A stretch of DNA of 64,000 bases, from positions 167,772,001 through 167,836,000 of the forward strand of contig OX597817.1 in assembly GCA_951406725.2 (NCBI GenBank). Direction: 5' to 3'. Origin of the DNA: Octopus vulgaris (Eukaryota). The translations under genes and the position numbers were made by a program. Below the pieces are notes generated by a model. It saw only the letters and a program-made list of their open reading frames with translations, did not search any database and was not told the DNA's origin. Shown here piece after piece: positions 29,755-42,645 of this stretch; the first letter of the stretch is position 1, and each line of letters begins with the position of its first letter.

Positions 29755-30774
29755 GATAAATAAATAAATACCCTGATGCAGTACCACAAAGTACCATGAG
29801 AGCCACTGCCTGGTACTGTATCAGGGAACTGTTTACCTTTTTTTTACGTAGCTAATTTGGTAATTTTGTTGTCTAGGCCAACTTAGTTCCAATAATCAAT
29901 CCTGATCGAGCAGACCTATGGTCAAAATCATTACAGTCGAAATCATCTCGTCAATTTCGGAATATCTAACAATACACTTATTCAACGTGTACTTTCTTTT
30001 TATAAGAAGGCAGGATGCGATTTGAGATAGAATTATCAGCTGTTTCTAGCAGGTCAAGCGAGTGACTACTTAGAGGCTCCCTTAATGGTTTGGATGAGTG
30101 TCAATAGAGCCAATTAGCCTGATACAGTACCAGGCAGTGGCTCTCATGGCTTCTGATCTTAACTGATTGGAAGTGTTATCATGTACATTGTTTTGTCTTG
30201 GTATAAAAGATGGGCGACAGCAAATATTTCTGCTCAATACCACAGATTTGCTTGTCAGTTGTTTGACCTTAACCAGTTGACCATGTCCCTTACTGGCTGA
30301 CGATATGCAGCTCTGATCACGAGCAGAAGTAGTGGGGGAGCATCATAGCCACGTGTTGAGAGGGATTCTTTGGGGTGCGAATAATTCACCTCTGGAAACA
30401 TGGGTGTTTATTTCAACATCCTTAAACAACCCTTATTCAGGGACCTTTTGAGCCTGATGGGCTACTTGACCAGAAGAAAATTCTAACTGGGGCCCCACCT
30501 GCAAGGTCATGCGCTGTTTGTCTTGATATGAGATCACCATGTCGTGAACATATGGTTGTGATGCATGTGCCTGGTGTACCCTTATCAGACGGGTAGTCAT
30601 GATGGGTATACTGGGCTTCATATATTTTACCCCAGTGTCACTTTGATGGCATGCACTGCTCTCTCACATAATAATAATGATAATAATCCTTCTTACAATA
30701 GGCAGAAGGCCTGAAATTTGGGGGATGGGGACCATTGATTACATCGACCTCAGTGCACAACTGGTACTAACTGT

Positions 30775-31007
30775 AAGGCGGCGAGCTGGCAGAAACGTTA
30801 GCATGTCGGGCAAAATGCTTAGCGGTATTTCGTCTACCGCTACGTTCTGAGTTCAAATTCCGCCGAGGTCGACTTTACCTTTCATCCTTTCAGGGTCGAT
30901 TAAATAAGTACCAGTTACGCACTGGGGTCGATATAATCAACTTAATCCGTTTGTGTGTCCTTGTTTGTCCCCTCTGAGTGTAGCCCCTTGTGGATAGTAA
31001 AGAATAG
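30775..31007 (+). mobile_element. Complete SINE with Tx1-like tail, nested in an oppositely oriented related SINE (30688-31142)
   Basis: Host SINE sequence CAACTGGTACT resumes as GTACTTATTTTATCGACC after the insert. Confidence 0.8.
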
Positions 31008-31329
31008 GTACTTATTTTATCGACCTCAAAAGGATGAAAGGCAAATTCAACCTCAGCAGAACTTGGACTCTGAACATGAGGACAGATGAAATACCGCTTA
31101 GCATTTGGCCCAGTGTGCTAACTATTCTGCCAGCTCATTGCCAACATAATATAATGTTTTGGAACATGACTTTTGGTCCACCCTGTGTATAATGTGTGTG
31201 TGTGTTTTGTGTTTGTGTGATGTTGGTCCCCCATCACTGCTTGACATCCAGTTATATCTGACATAATGTGATATTTGTTCCAGTTCTTTACATTCTGGGT
31301 TCAAATCACTTCAAGGTTCAACTTGCATT

Positions 31330-32094
31330 TCATGGCACCCGGTCGTTGCCAGTGCTGCTGGACTGACTCCCGTGCAAGTAGCAAGTAAAGAAACACCGTT
31401 TCGACCCTGTGCTTGAGGAGACCTATTGAGTCAGGTACATCAACATCAAAAATCAATGCAAATTGTAGGTTTGATCCCTGTACCGGTGGCACATAAAAAG
31501 CACCATCCGAACGTGGCCGATGCCAGCACCGCCTTGACTGGCTTCCGTACCGGTGGCACGTAAAAAGCACCAACCTGTCGTGGCCGTTGCCAGCGCCGCC
31601 TTGACTGGCTTCCATGCCGATGGCACATAAAAAGCACCATCCGAACGTGGCCGGTGCCAGCACCGCCTTGACTGGCTTCTGTACCGGTGGCACGTAAAAA
31701 GCACCAACCTGTCGTGGCCGGTGCCAGTGCCGCCTTGACTGGCTTCCATGCCAGTGGCACATAAAAAGCACCATCCGAACGTGGCCGGTGCCAGCGCCAC
31801 CTTGACTGGCTTCCATGCCAGCGCCACCTTGACTGGCTTCCATGCCAGTGGCACGTAAAAAGCACCAACCTGTCTTGGCTGTTGCCAGACTCGCCTGGCA
31901 CCTGTGCTGGTGGCACGTAAAAAGCACCCACTACACTCACAGAGTTGTTGGCGTTAGGAAGGGTATCCAGCTGTAGAAACATTGCCAGATCAGACTGGAG
32001 CCTGGTGCAGCCTTCTGGCTTCCCAGACCCCGGTCGAACCATCCAACCCATGCTTGCATGGAAAACGGACGCTAAACGATGATTATGATGATGA
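31330..32094 (+). mobile_element. RTE-family 3'UTR copy with expanded internal tandem repeats
   Basis: Repeated GGTGGCACGTAAAAAGCACC units and the family terminus. Further copies lie at 4175-4367, 4410-4676, 6945-7310(-), 26238-26430(-), 35147-35610(-), 39448-40110, 48885-49240, 50518-51390(-), 51795-52320, 55285-55980, 56560-57070, 61150-61456 and 63545-63960. Confidence 0.8.
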
Positions 32095-32513
32095 GGTTCA
32101 TTAAAATAAATACTAGTCAATATAGTCAACTAGTTTCCCCCACCAAATATTAGTTATTAAGGCAGTGGATTAGCGGAATTGTTAGAGAGATGGACAAAAG
32201 ACTTTACAGTATTTGTTCTGGATGTAATGTGGGATGCTGACAGAATTGTTTACATGATGGGCAAAATGCTTAGTGGCACTTCATCCGTCTTTAATTTTTG
32301 AGTTCAAATTACACCAAGGTTGACTTTGTTTTCCATCCTTTCAGGATCAATAAAATAAGTACCAGTTGAACACTGGGGCCGATGTAATTTTATGGGAGCT
32401 TATCCCCTCCCCAAAAATCGTTGGCTTTGTACCAAAATTTGAAATCAGTAATATTATTATTTATTGTTATTAAGGTAGCAAGCAGGCAGTTGTTACTATG
32501 TTGGGAAAATTGA

Positions 32514-32623
32514 TTTTAATTTATAGACTAGTTTATCAAATCCCTTATATATCTAAAATACTGCCCTCTGTTCTCTCAGCCTTAGATATACAAGAGATTT
32601 GATAAACTAGTCTATAAATTAAA
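32514..32623. repeat. Inverted repeat with arms of about 43 bp
   Basis: TTTTAATTTATAGACTAGTTTATCAAATC... and ...GATTTGATAAACTAGTCTATAAATTAAAA. Confidence 0.8.
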
Positions 32624-33781
32624 ACTGACCCCATAAAAACAAAAAAAATCAGTGACAGGCAGAGTCTGTAATAATGTATATTGTCTTGAAAACTTAGTAA
32701 CTTCTTTGGTGGAGTGAGACAGTATGTTCTTTGTCTATCTCCTTAACTTCTTGGAGATTTTAGGTATAATTATACTAATGTGTCCAACTGTTCTAATTTA
32801 ATTAAATTCTATGTCTGTGTGCAGCTGACGATTGCTCTGCATTTTAAATTGATGGGTGTGTGTGTGTTTGTCTGTCTGTGTTTTTCCCCGCAATATTGCT
32901 TGACAACCAATGCTGGTGTGTTTACATCCCTGTAACTTAGTGGTTTGGCAGAAGAGACCAAAAGAATAAGTATTAGGCTTGGGGTTGATTTGCTCGACTA
33001 AAGGCGGTGCTCCAGCATGGCAGGAGTCAAATGACTGAAACAAGTAAAAATAAAAGAATATATAGGCGCAGGAGTGGCTGTGTGGTAAGTAGCTTGTTTA
33101 CCAACCACATGGCTCCGGGTTCAGTCCCACTGCGTGGCACTTTGAGCAAGTGTCTTCTACTATAGCCTCGGGCCGACCAAAGCTTTGTAAGTGGATTTGG
33201 TAGACGGAAACTGAAAGAAGCCCGTCGTATATATGTATATATATATATATGCGTGTGTGTCTGTTTGTCCCCCTAGCATTGCTTGACAACTGATGCTGGT
33301 GTGTTTATGTCCCCATTGCTTAGCGGTTTGGCAGAAGAGACCGATAGAATAAGTACTGGGCTTACAAAGAATAAGTCCCGGGGTCGATTTGCTTGACTAA
33401 AGGCGATGCTCCAGCATGGCCGCAGTCAAATAACTGAAACAAGTATAAGAATATATATATATATTGATGTCTACGTATACACAACTGCATTTTGTAAGGT
33501 GTGTGTATATGGATTTTGTATATATGCATATATAGTTTGAGTCTCTTTATGTAAGACACAAGTATATGTATACCTTGCTTAATCTAGGTTTATGAAGAGA
33601 CTTTATCTTGAGTGATAGACTTTGAATTCACAGGCGTGTGTTTGGCTCTTCTTCAGTTTTGTTGCTAACAGCTATATCTGATTGATAAATGACCAGTCAA
33701 GTGCTAACTTTCATCCAGTTTGTTCAGCTTATTTCAGAAAGTGTGCTTTGTAATCATATGGTTCCGGGTTCATACACACAC

Positions 33782-33836
<55 letters not shown>

Positions 33837-33892
33837 TGTTCGTTTGTTTTCCACCTGCCTTCGTCTTTTGTCTATTTTCATAAAGCTTCCCG

Positions 33893-33938
<46 letters not shown>

Positions 33939-34006
33939 AATATTAGGGAATAAATCCAAACTTAAAGGGAAAAATCAGATTTAGTATTGAATCCAATTTT
34001 ATAGTA

Positions 34007-34382
34007 AAATATTATATTAAATTAGAGACAAAACCACTATTAGGCAAATCATACAATGAAAAACTTAAGCCAATACGTAAGATTATTTAATTTATATTAT
34101 TTAAATATATAACAAAATTATTAAAAATAATATAATTAATATAACACTACGATCGTTTCATGGCTGTTAATTTCTTTAAATTTTCGAATTACAGTCATTC
34201 ATCAGGTGGTTTAAATATTTAACTTGGCGAGGTTTAATCGTAGTGTTATATTAATTATATTTTTTTCATAATTTTGTTATATATTTAAATAATATAAATT
34301 AAATAATCTTATGTATTGGCTTAAGTTTTTCATTGTATGATTTGCCTAATAGTGGTTTTATCTCTAATTTAATATAATATAT
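34007..34382. repeat. AT-rich inverted repeat with arms of about 145 bp, Penelope-like architecture
   Basis: 34007-34153 is the reverse complement of 34237-34382. The spacer holds the hammerhead core. Confidence 0.8.
34145..34208 (-). ncRNA. Type I hammerhead ribozyme motif in a Penelope-type inverted repeat
   Basis: The - strand reads CAC-CTGATGA-ATGACTGT..ACAGCCAT-GAAACGATCGTA-GTG, with canonical core, GUA triplet and palindromic stem III. Confidence 0.7.
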
Positions 34383-37354
34383 ATATATATATATATATAA
34401 AGTATAGAAGCCATCTTAATATGGCTAACCACATAGGAGAGGGGGTGTTACTGTAGCTTTATAGCCCCAGGAAATCGTCGTCTCCAGCTGGCTTTAGACA
34501 CCATTTCAGTGCCCTTGAAGTATTTTCAAAGGGAGGCCATCCCTTCCTCGCAAGCCTGAGTGATACGCTCAGACTAGTTTCGGGATTTTTGTCCCTTGTC
34601 AACGGGCGGTAACCACCAGGTCGCGATGAAAGAGAGGGCCGCCTTGCAAATATATAAGAGTTTTTCTAGTGACGTCTGCCACAGATTTCGAAAAACTGAC
34701 AGTAAGCATTATTAAATCTCAGAATGAGATTGAAACAGTAATTGCTCGATAATGTAAAGTATAGAAGCCATCTTAACCACATAGGGGAGGGGGGTGTTAC
34801 TGTAGCTTTATAGCCCCAGGAGATCGTCATATATATATATATATGTCTTGGAAGTTTTTTATACAAATGTATGTACATATGTATGTAGGTATGTATGTCA
34901 AAAGGAAGTTTTATTTCAAACTTTATTGCAAGTTTTCACTTGTTACCTATATTCACCTCATTTTGAAGTACATCCCACCAAAATATTGCCACAGCCCACC
35001 AAGGGGACATGCAGTCTACCCTGGGAAACACTGGCCTCCAATGGTGCACCAAGTACAAGAGCCACCCGGGGCGGATGTTTATTTGGCCACCCCTTAAAAG
35101 TTCTAATAACACTTCAAAATACCAAAAACGTTATAATACAAGTATATCATCATCATCATCATCATCGTTTAACGTCCGGTTTCCATGCTAGCATGGGTTG
35201 GACGGTTCAACTGGGGTCTGGGGAGCCCGAAGGCTGCACCAGGCCAGTCAGATCTGGCAGTGTTTCTACAGCTGGATGCCCTTCCTAACGCCAACCACTC
35301 CGAGAGTGTAGTGGGTGATTTTATGTGCCACCGACACAGGTGCCAGACGAGGCTGGCGAACGGCCACGATCGGATGGTGTTTTTATGTGCCACCAACACA
35401 GGTGCCAGACGAGGCTGGCAGACGGCCACGATCGGATGGTGTTTGTTGCGTGCCCACAGCACGGAGGCCAGTTGATGTGGTACTGGCTACGGCCACGTTC
35501 GGATGGTTTTCTTGTGTGCCACCGGCACTGGTACCACAAGATACAAATTCCATTGATGTTCATCTATTTTGATTTGTTTTGATTTTCACTTGCCTCAACA
35601 GGTCTTCACAAAATAAAATATGCAAAATAAAAAGACAAACTGTAGCAACCATTTATTTACTTTTATTATGTTTATACACAAAAAATAATAGGAAAAATAT
35701 GTTAAAGAAGAGAAGATGAGTGAATCACAAAAATAAACTATTTACAAATTGATTTTACATGCCTTCCTCTTCATGAAATCTTGAATGACCTCATCAGAAT
35801 TAATTTTATCTGCAAGGTCACGCACTATGGAGAGTATTGCCAAATCAGTCAACCTTGTTTGACTTATTGTTCACCTGTATATACAAACATACACACAGAT
35901 GTTGCTTTTACTCTTTTACTTGTTTCAGTCATTTGACTGTGGCCATGCTGGAGCACCGCCTTTAGTCGAGCTAGCAACACTAATGTGGTACAAATTAGGA
36001 AGACTCTTAAAACTATTACAATGTTTGGCAATGAATCAATAAGATTATATTTCTGAATAAACTGAAGAACTTGCAAAGGTTTTGCTATATCTTCAGCATC
36101 AGCAGCCGCCAAATAATTTTGCAGTCTTGCCCTTTCAACCAGAATGTTTTCTCTCTTAATATTCTCATCAAAAGCATCTACATCACAATTACACTCTTTA
36201 TCTGACAAATTAGACTGTGTGAGAAAGGTGTATTTCTTTGCAATGTCGTGAAGTCTTTTGAGTCTAGAGGTTATTTCTTCAACCAGTCTATCACTGACAA
36301 CATTTCTCTTCTTAGCTCAGCATCGTAGCTGAGAACAGCATCGATACTTTCTTTGTAGCTCATTCTTTTCCTTTTGTGCATTCGATGCTCTGTGCTGATT
36401 CCCATATCAGAGCAAATTTCAGTTGAATAGGCCAATACGTCGCCCAATGTTTTGTCTTTGTTTACAAATAGAGAAGTTTTCAAGGCTGATAGTTTAATGG
36501 CACATTATTGCATCTCCAGACCTTTCGTTTGGAAGTACTTTTCAGTGTCATTAATTTCAGGAAGTATATATCTCCAATAGTCAAGAAATTACAAGAAAGA
36601 AAATGACAGCATTGCCTGAAGAATTAAACCTGCATCAGATCTCGTAGTTGCATTTTCTGCATTTTCCCTCAACCATTCTAGCGCAGCGATGATTTCCATG
36701 AATTTTGTTTGTACATCTTCCACTCCTTCTGCTTGACTACTCCATCTTGTTTCTCCAGCCTGTTTGATTGTTGCACCAGTTATCTCAATCAAAATATCCC
36801 ATCGACGAGTGGAAGCTGAGAAGAATGAAAATAAATGGTCCAATATGCCAAGAAATGTAACTGAATCTGCATCCACTGAAGCTGCATGCACGGCTGCTAA
36901 ATTCAGAGAATGATTGGTGCATAGCACAAATATAATCTTTGGGTTAACTTCTGTGATGTACACTTGAACACTGGATCGATAACCTGCCATTACTGCTGTG
37001 TTATCAAATGCTTGTCCACGACAGTCTTGAATATCAATGTCGTCCATTTCTAATCGTTGATGTAATTTGTTCAGCATTTTTGCCTTTCATCTCAATAAAA
37101 CAAAGAAAGGTTTCTTCTATTTTTACTTCCTTTTCATCTATTTTAACATAACGTAGCACCTGAGAAATTTGGTCAATATGAGAAATGTCTGGAGTACAAT
37201 GAAGAATAATGCAATAGTATTTACTTTGTTTTATTTCATTGATAACTTTCTTTCTCACTTGATCTCCCAGGACGTTCACAAATTCATTCTGAATTTTTGG
37301 TGAGAGACAGGAAGTTGTAAACTTATCAATTTTACTTTCGCCAAATGTCCACAT

Positions 37355-37520
37355 AAGCGCAGGAGTGGCTGTGTGGTAAGCAGCTTGCTTACCAACCACA
37401 TGGTTCCGGGTTCAGTCCCACTGCGTGGCATCTTGGGCAAGTGTCTTTTGCTATAGCCCCGGCCCGACCAATGCCTTGTGAGTGGATTTGGTAGACGGAA
37501 ACTGAAAGAAGCCTGTCGTA

Positions 37521-37575
<55 letters not shown>

Positions 37576-37778
37576 TTGTGTGTCTGTGTTTGTCCCCCTA
37601 GCATTGCTTGACAACCGATGCTGGTGTGTTTACGTCCCCGTCACTTAGCGGTTCGGCAAAAGAGACCAATAGAATAAGTACTGGGCTTACAAAGAATAAG
37701 TCCCGGGGTCGATTTGCTCGACTAAAGGCGGTGCTCCAGCATGGCTGCAGTCAAATGATTGAAACAAGTAAAAGAGTA
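37355..37778 (+). mobile_element. tRNA-headed SINE with internal (TA)n(TG)n and CR1-like 3' tail
   Basis: Head GGAGTGGCTGTGTGGTAAG...GGTTCAGTCCC and tail GGCGGTGCTCCAGCATGG. Other copies lie at 10740-11185, 14655-15030, 15190-15605(-), 33063-33450, 43480-43840(-), 49595-50015(-), 50295-51600(-, split), 57700-58490(-, split) and 61958-62305. Confidence 0.85.
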
Positions 37779-38384
37779 TAGCACTGGGTCAGATTTCCCA
37801 ATCAGTTGGACAAGCTCCAGAAAATTCCCTTTATTTTTATGTTCCTTCTCAACTCGAATGTCTTCTCTATGGCCTCGTAAAGCTAGGTTTTGCTTAGCAA
37901 GAAACATTATTATGTCCAAGAATCTCATCAAGATTTGCTTCCAGTTTTTTGTTTCATTTTCAACAAGAGTTTGTTGTTATTTGTCTTTTACCTTGCTTTT
38001 GGAAAGGTGAATTTCTAGCTCTTTCCACTGAGTGAACGCATTCGCATGTGCAGGGCTGCATTCATGTTCTTGTATCTTAGGATTCAACTTCCACCAAGAT
38101 TTGAAACCATCAACTGAGCAAAATTTGAGTTTTCACTTGAAAATAGCTTAAACAAAAGCAAATCATGGCTTCTTTCAATGGAGAGCAAATCATTCAAGTT
38201 CTCCAGATTTTTTTTCCATTTTATAAAGTTCGAAAAAACTAGTTTCTTGACAGTCTTCTAGTCTCCCCTTTCAGTTTTGTTATTTGTCCTGGACATACAA
38301 CTACTTTGAATTCACAGTCAGTATTTTACACAGCCTTCGATCCTTGTTGTTCAAGGATTTCCTGAATACTGTCACAGTAATTAA

Positions 38385-38996
38385 CCCTTTCATTACAGTA
38401 TTTATTTTGAGATGCTCTGTGTTTCTTTCAATTACTTTAAATATAATAAAGAATTTAGCAAAATAACTTAGTTATCATTAAGCTAGTGTTAGGAACATAA
38501 ATTGTGACTTAGGTATGGTAGAAGATTTTAATTCAAAACTTATGAAAACAAGACATTTGTACTATAGAGCCAGAGCCGGTTTCAGCCGAGTTGGTAATGA
38601 AAGGGTTAACCCTTTAGTATTTAAACCGGCCATATCCGGCCAAAATAGCTAATCTGTTTTATGTTCAAACTGACCAGATCCAGGCTCTCACACCTACCCT
38701 ACAATGTTATTCTACATTAAGTAATTACACCATCAAGATCTTGAAGATATGAGATAATGCATGATTAATTCAAATCAATGGGAATCAATAAGCATTATGT
38801 TTGATAGAATAATCTGAACACTAAAGGGTTGAATATAACAAAGGATTTAGTAAAATAACTTAGTTATCATTAAGCTAGTGTTAGGAACATAAATCGTGAC
38901 TAAGGTTTGGTGGAAGATTTTAATTCAAAACTTATGGAAACAAGACATTTGTACTCAGAGCCAGAGCCGGTTTCAGCCGGGTTGGTATCGAAAGGG
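38385..38996. mobile_element. Three stacked piggyBac-like MITEs
   Basis: TTAA|CCCT...AGGG|TTAA units at 38385-38605, 38610-38828 and a partial unit at 38832-38996. Confidence 0.75.
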
Positions 38997-40126
38997 TTAA
39001 ACTTAGCAGGCCACATCCCAATGTCTTTCAAATTAATATTAGAGTTTTGTTCTTTAATAGTTTGTCATGGATCAGCATCATCAACTTCATATTCTATCTT
39101 CTTTTCAAATCACACTTCATTAACAACATCATCTCCATGATCTTTTACAGTAAACCAGTTTCATCTGGATGGTCGGGTCTGATGAGACATTTAATTATGG
39201 CATTTTCTTTTCGCCTTTCTTCTCTCATTTTTCTTTTTCTTCAAAATGCTGCACTACTGTCCTTAATTTACTTCATCTCAAATTATATCAACCCATGCTA
39301 GCATGGAAAGCGGACGTTAAACGATGATGATGATGATACTGTAAATTTATATGAAGAAAACTAAACAGAGTATTGACCAACCTAAAAAATAATTAACTTT
39401 CTGAATATCATCGACACACTGTCTTATCCAGTAACACACAACATTACTAAAAGCACCATCCGAATCGTAGCCGAAGCCAGTGCCGCCTCGACTAGCTTCC
39501 ATAAAATGCACCATCCGAATTGTGGCCGATGCCAGCTCCACCTCGACTGGCTTCCGTGTCGGTGGCACGTAAAAAGCACCATCCAAATCGTAGCCGAAGC
39601 CAGTGCCGCCTCAACTGGCTTCCATAAAATGCACCATCCGAATTGTGGCCAATGCCAGCGCCGCCTCGACTGGCTTCCGTGTCGGTGGCACGTAAAAAGC
39701 ACCATCCGAATCGTAGCCGAAGCCAGTGCCGCCTCGACTGGCTTCCATAAAATGCACCATCCAAATTGTGGCCAATGCCAGCGTCGCCTCGACTGGCTTC
39801 CGTGTCGGTGGCACGTAAAAAGCACCATCCGAATCGTGGCCGAAGCCAGTGCCGCCTTGACTGGCTTCCATAAAATCCGACTGTGGCCGATGCCAGCCTC
39901 GCCTGGCACCAGTGCAGGTGGCATGTAAAAAGCACCCACTACACTCACGGAGTGGTTGGCGTTAGGAAGGGCATCCAGCTGTAGAAACTTTGCCAGATAA
40001 GACCGGAGCCTGGTGCAGCCTTCTGGCTTCCCAGACCCCCGGTCGAACCGTCCAACCCATGCTAGCATGGAGAACGGACGTTAAACGATGATGATGATGA
40101 TGATGATGATACTGTATATTACACAA

Positions 40127-40343
40127 GGCGGCGAGCTGGCAGACACATTAGCACGCTGGGCGAAATGCTTAGCGGTATTTCGTCTGTTGTCACGTTCTGA
40201 GTTCAAATTCCACCGAGGTCGACTTTGCTTTTCATCCTTTCGAGGTCGATAAATAAAGTACCAGTTCCGCACTGGGGTCGATGTAATCAACTTAATCCCT
40301 TTGTCTGTCCTTGTTTACCCCCTTGTGGGCAATAAAGAAATAT
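40127..40343 (+). mobile_element. Complete SINE with Tx1-like tail and 18-bp TSD
   Basis: ATACTGTATATTACACAA is repeated on both sides. Confidence 0.85.
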
Positions 40344-40365
40344 ATACTGTATATTACACAATATT

Positions 40366-40667
40366 GTGGAGGCGCAATGGCCCAGTGGTTAGGGCAGCGG
40401 ACTCGCGGTTGTAGGATCGTGGTTTCAATTCCCAGACCGGCCGTTGTGAGTGTTTATTGAACGAAAACACCTAAAGCTCCACGAGGCTCTGGCAGGGGGT
40501 GGTGGTGATCCCTGCTGTACTCTTTCGCCACAACTTTCTCTCACTCTTTCTTCTCTTGGCCTACTTGCTTAGCCAGTGGGGTGGCGTCATTTGAAGGCTA
40601 AAACAATGCGAAGCGCATTGGGACCAGTGATGTGTAGCAACATCTGATAGCCTGGTCGGTCACGGTG
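40366..40667 (+). mobile_element. tRNA-derived SINE with 13-bp TSD
   Basis: A box TGGCCCAGTGG and B-box-like GGTTTCAATTCCC. ATTACACAATATT occurs on both sides. Confidence 0.8.
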
Positions 40668-41407
40668 ATTACACAATATTAACACACAATACAAGTTTAC
40701 TGATGATAAATTTAAATTTTAAGGAAATTTTAATAATTTCTATACATTATTAAAGTCTATAATATTTATACTGCGTTTTTATTAATCATATATCAATACA
40801 AATAAATTGTGGCACTCGGGGCAGACCCCCCTGCCCCTCTTGGTACGCCACTGCTAACCTCAGATAGAGTTCTTTTTTACTCTAGGCACAAGGCCTGAAA
40901 TTTTGGGGGAGGGGCCAGTCAATTAGATCGACTCCAGTATGCAACTGGTACTTAATTTATCGACCCCAAAAGGATAAAGGGCAAAGTCGACCTCGGTGGA
41001 ATTTGAACTCAAAACATAAAGATAGATGAAATACTACTAAGCATTTCACCTGGCATGCTAACATTTCTGCCAGCTCACCACCTCAGATACAATTCATTTG
41101 ATTAAACTTCTATTGTTGGTAAAAAAAATATAACCAAATGTTTAACAGCATGTAAACATGTTAAATGTTTTCATACTCGGACTTCTGAACAAATGTAAGT
41201 TGAAATAGTATATGCCAACAGGTGGATCTTGTGAATACATGTTAACATAGGAAGCAAATGTAGGGGGCGTTGTCTAGAATGATATGGATTTCACATAGTT
41301 TTCATACACTGTGATATTTGCATATGTTATCTGTGTCAGTATTCACACTTGGTATGCAATAATATATTTGTGTTTGCTTCTCTGATCATAAATTAGTCCT
41401 CAGTGGA

Positions 41408-41825
<418 letters not shown>

Positions 41826-41992
41826 TATATCAATAATAATAAAGGGTAAAATTACCTGCGTGAGTTGGGAGTATTGCTGTCTGGGAGATATCTTATGGTA
41901 GTGGAATAGTATTTAACTGCTATTTCTAAATTTCGGTATGTGGTGAAGCAATTTAGATGAACCCTAATTATAATTATGCTTATAATTATAGA

Positions 41993-42054
<62 letters not shown>

Positions 42055-42477
42055 GTAGGTAGATAGGTCAGTAGATAGGTATGTAGGTCAGTAGGTAGGT
42101 AGGTAGGTAGGTAGGTAGATAGCTAAGCATTCATTGGACTCAAGAGACCATGGATCTGTACCTGGAGAATTTTGTGTCAGCTGCTGTTGGTGATGCAGCA
42201 TCTGCTATATCTGTACTGGCCGAAATGAGGGTGGCAGTTTTGCATGGGGTGACTGCATTTGAAGAAGCTCTCCGCCAGCACAACTGATTTTAACTGTCTT
42301 TGAGCCTGTTTTACTTTGGTGGCAAGGAAACAAGTGAAGGCTGGTGACAGGAAGAGCATCCAGATGTAGAAAAATCTGCCTTAATAAACTCTATCTGACT
42401 CATGCAAACATGAAAAAGCGAATGTTAAAACAATGATGATGATGATGATGTGTGACAAATTTTTGTTAATTTTTCAG

Positions 42478-42617
42478 AGATTGTTGGTGAAGTCCAACTG
42501 AGAAAATATGGTAAATTTCTGGAAGAATATTCCACCCAGCTGAAGGATATTGAAGATGCTCTTGATGATTGCATTGGAGATTCTTGGGATGCTACTCTTG
42601 ACCCAATCAGTCTACAG
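42478..42617 (+). CDS. WASHC4: WASHC4 coding exon 2
   Basis: Acceptor ttttcag. Translates (K)[46 protein letters not shown]. Donor GTAAGT, 140 nt, phase 1 to 0. Confidence 0.95.
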
Positions 42618-42645
42618 GTAAGTTTTTATTGATGTTGTTATTTTC

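Larger units (their letters stand above)
35000..40853 (-). mobile_element. Decayed hAT DNA transposon (ZMYM1-like/DUF4371-type transposase) with many nested insertions
   Basis: Fragments FLAKQNLALRGHRE, GNFLELV, LSPKIQNE, TPDISHIDQ, CRGQAFDN and CTNHSLNL, plus C-terminal RLTDLAILSI..DEVIQDF (about 35760-35860). TIR-like CAGTGGCGTACCAAGAGGGG ends at 40853. The left boundary is uncertain. Confidence 0.8.

Noticed and set aside
31301-32129. Long ORFs over RTE 3'UTR repeats (also 39424-40068, 50550-51005 and 55433-55922)
   Set aside because: They are stop-poor tandem modules of a repeat UTR, open in several frames and on both strands.
35860-37931. Host ZMYM1-like gene nested antisense in intron 1
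   Set aside because: Multiple stops, frameshifts, SINE insertions and a TIR-like end indicate a dead hAT transposon.
40366-40450. tRNA genes at SINE heads (also 60542, 41737 and 30775)
   Set aside because: They continue into SINE bodies, several have TSDs, and none shows a clean acceptor stem.
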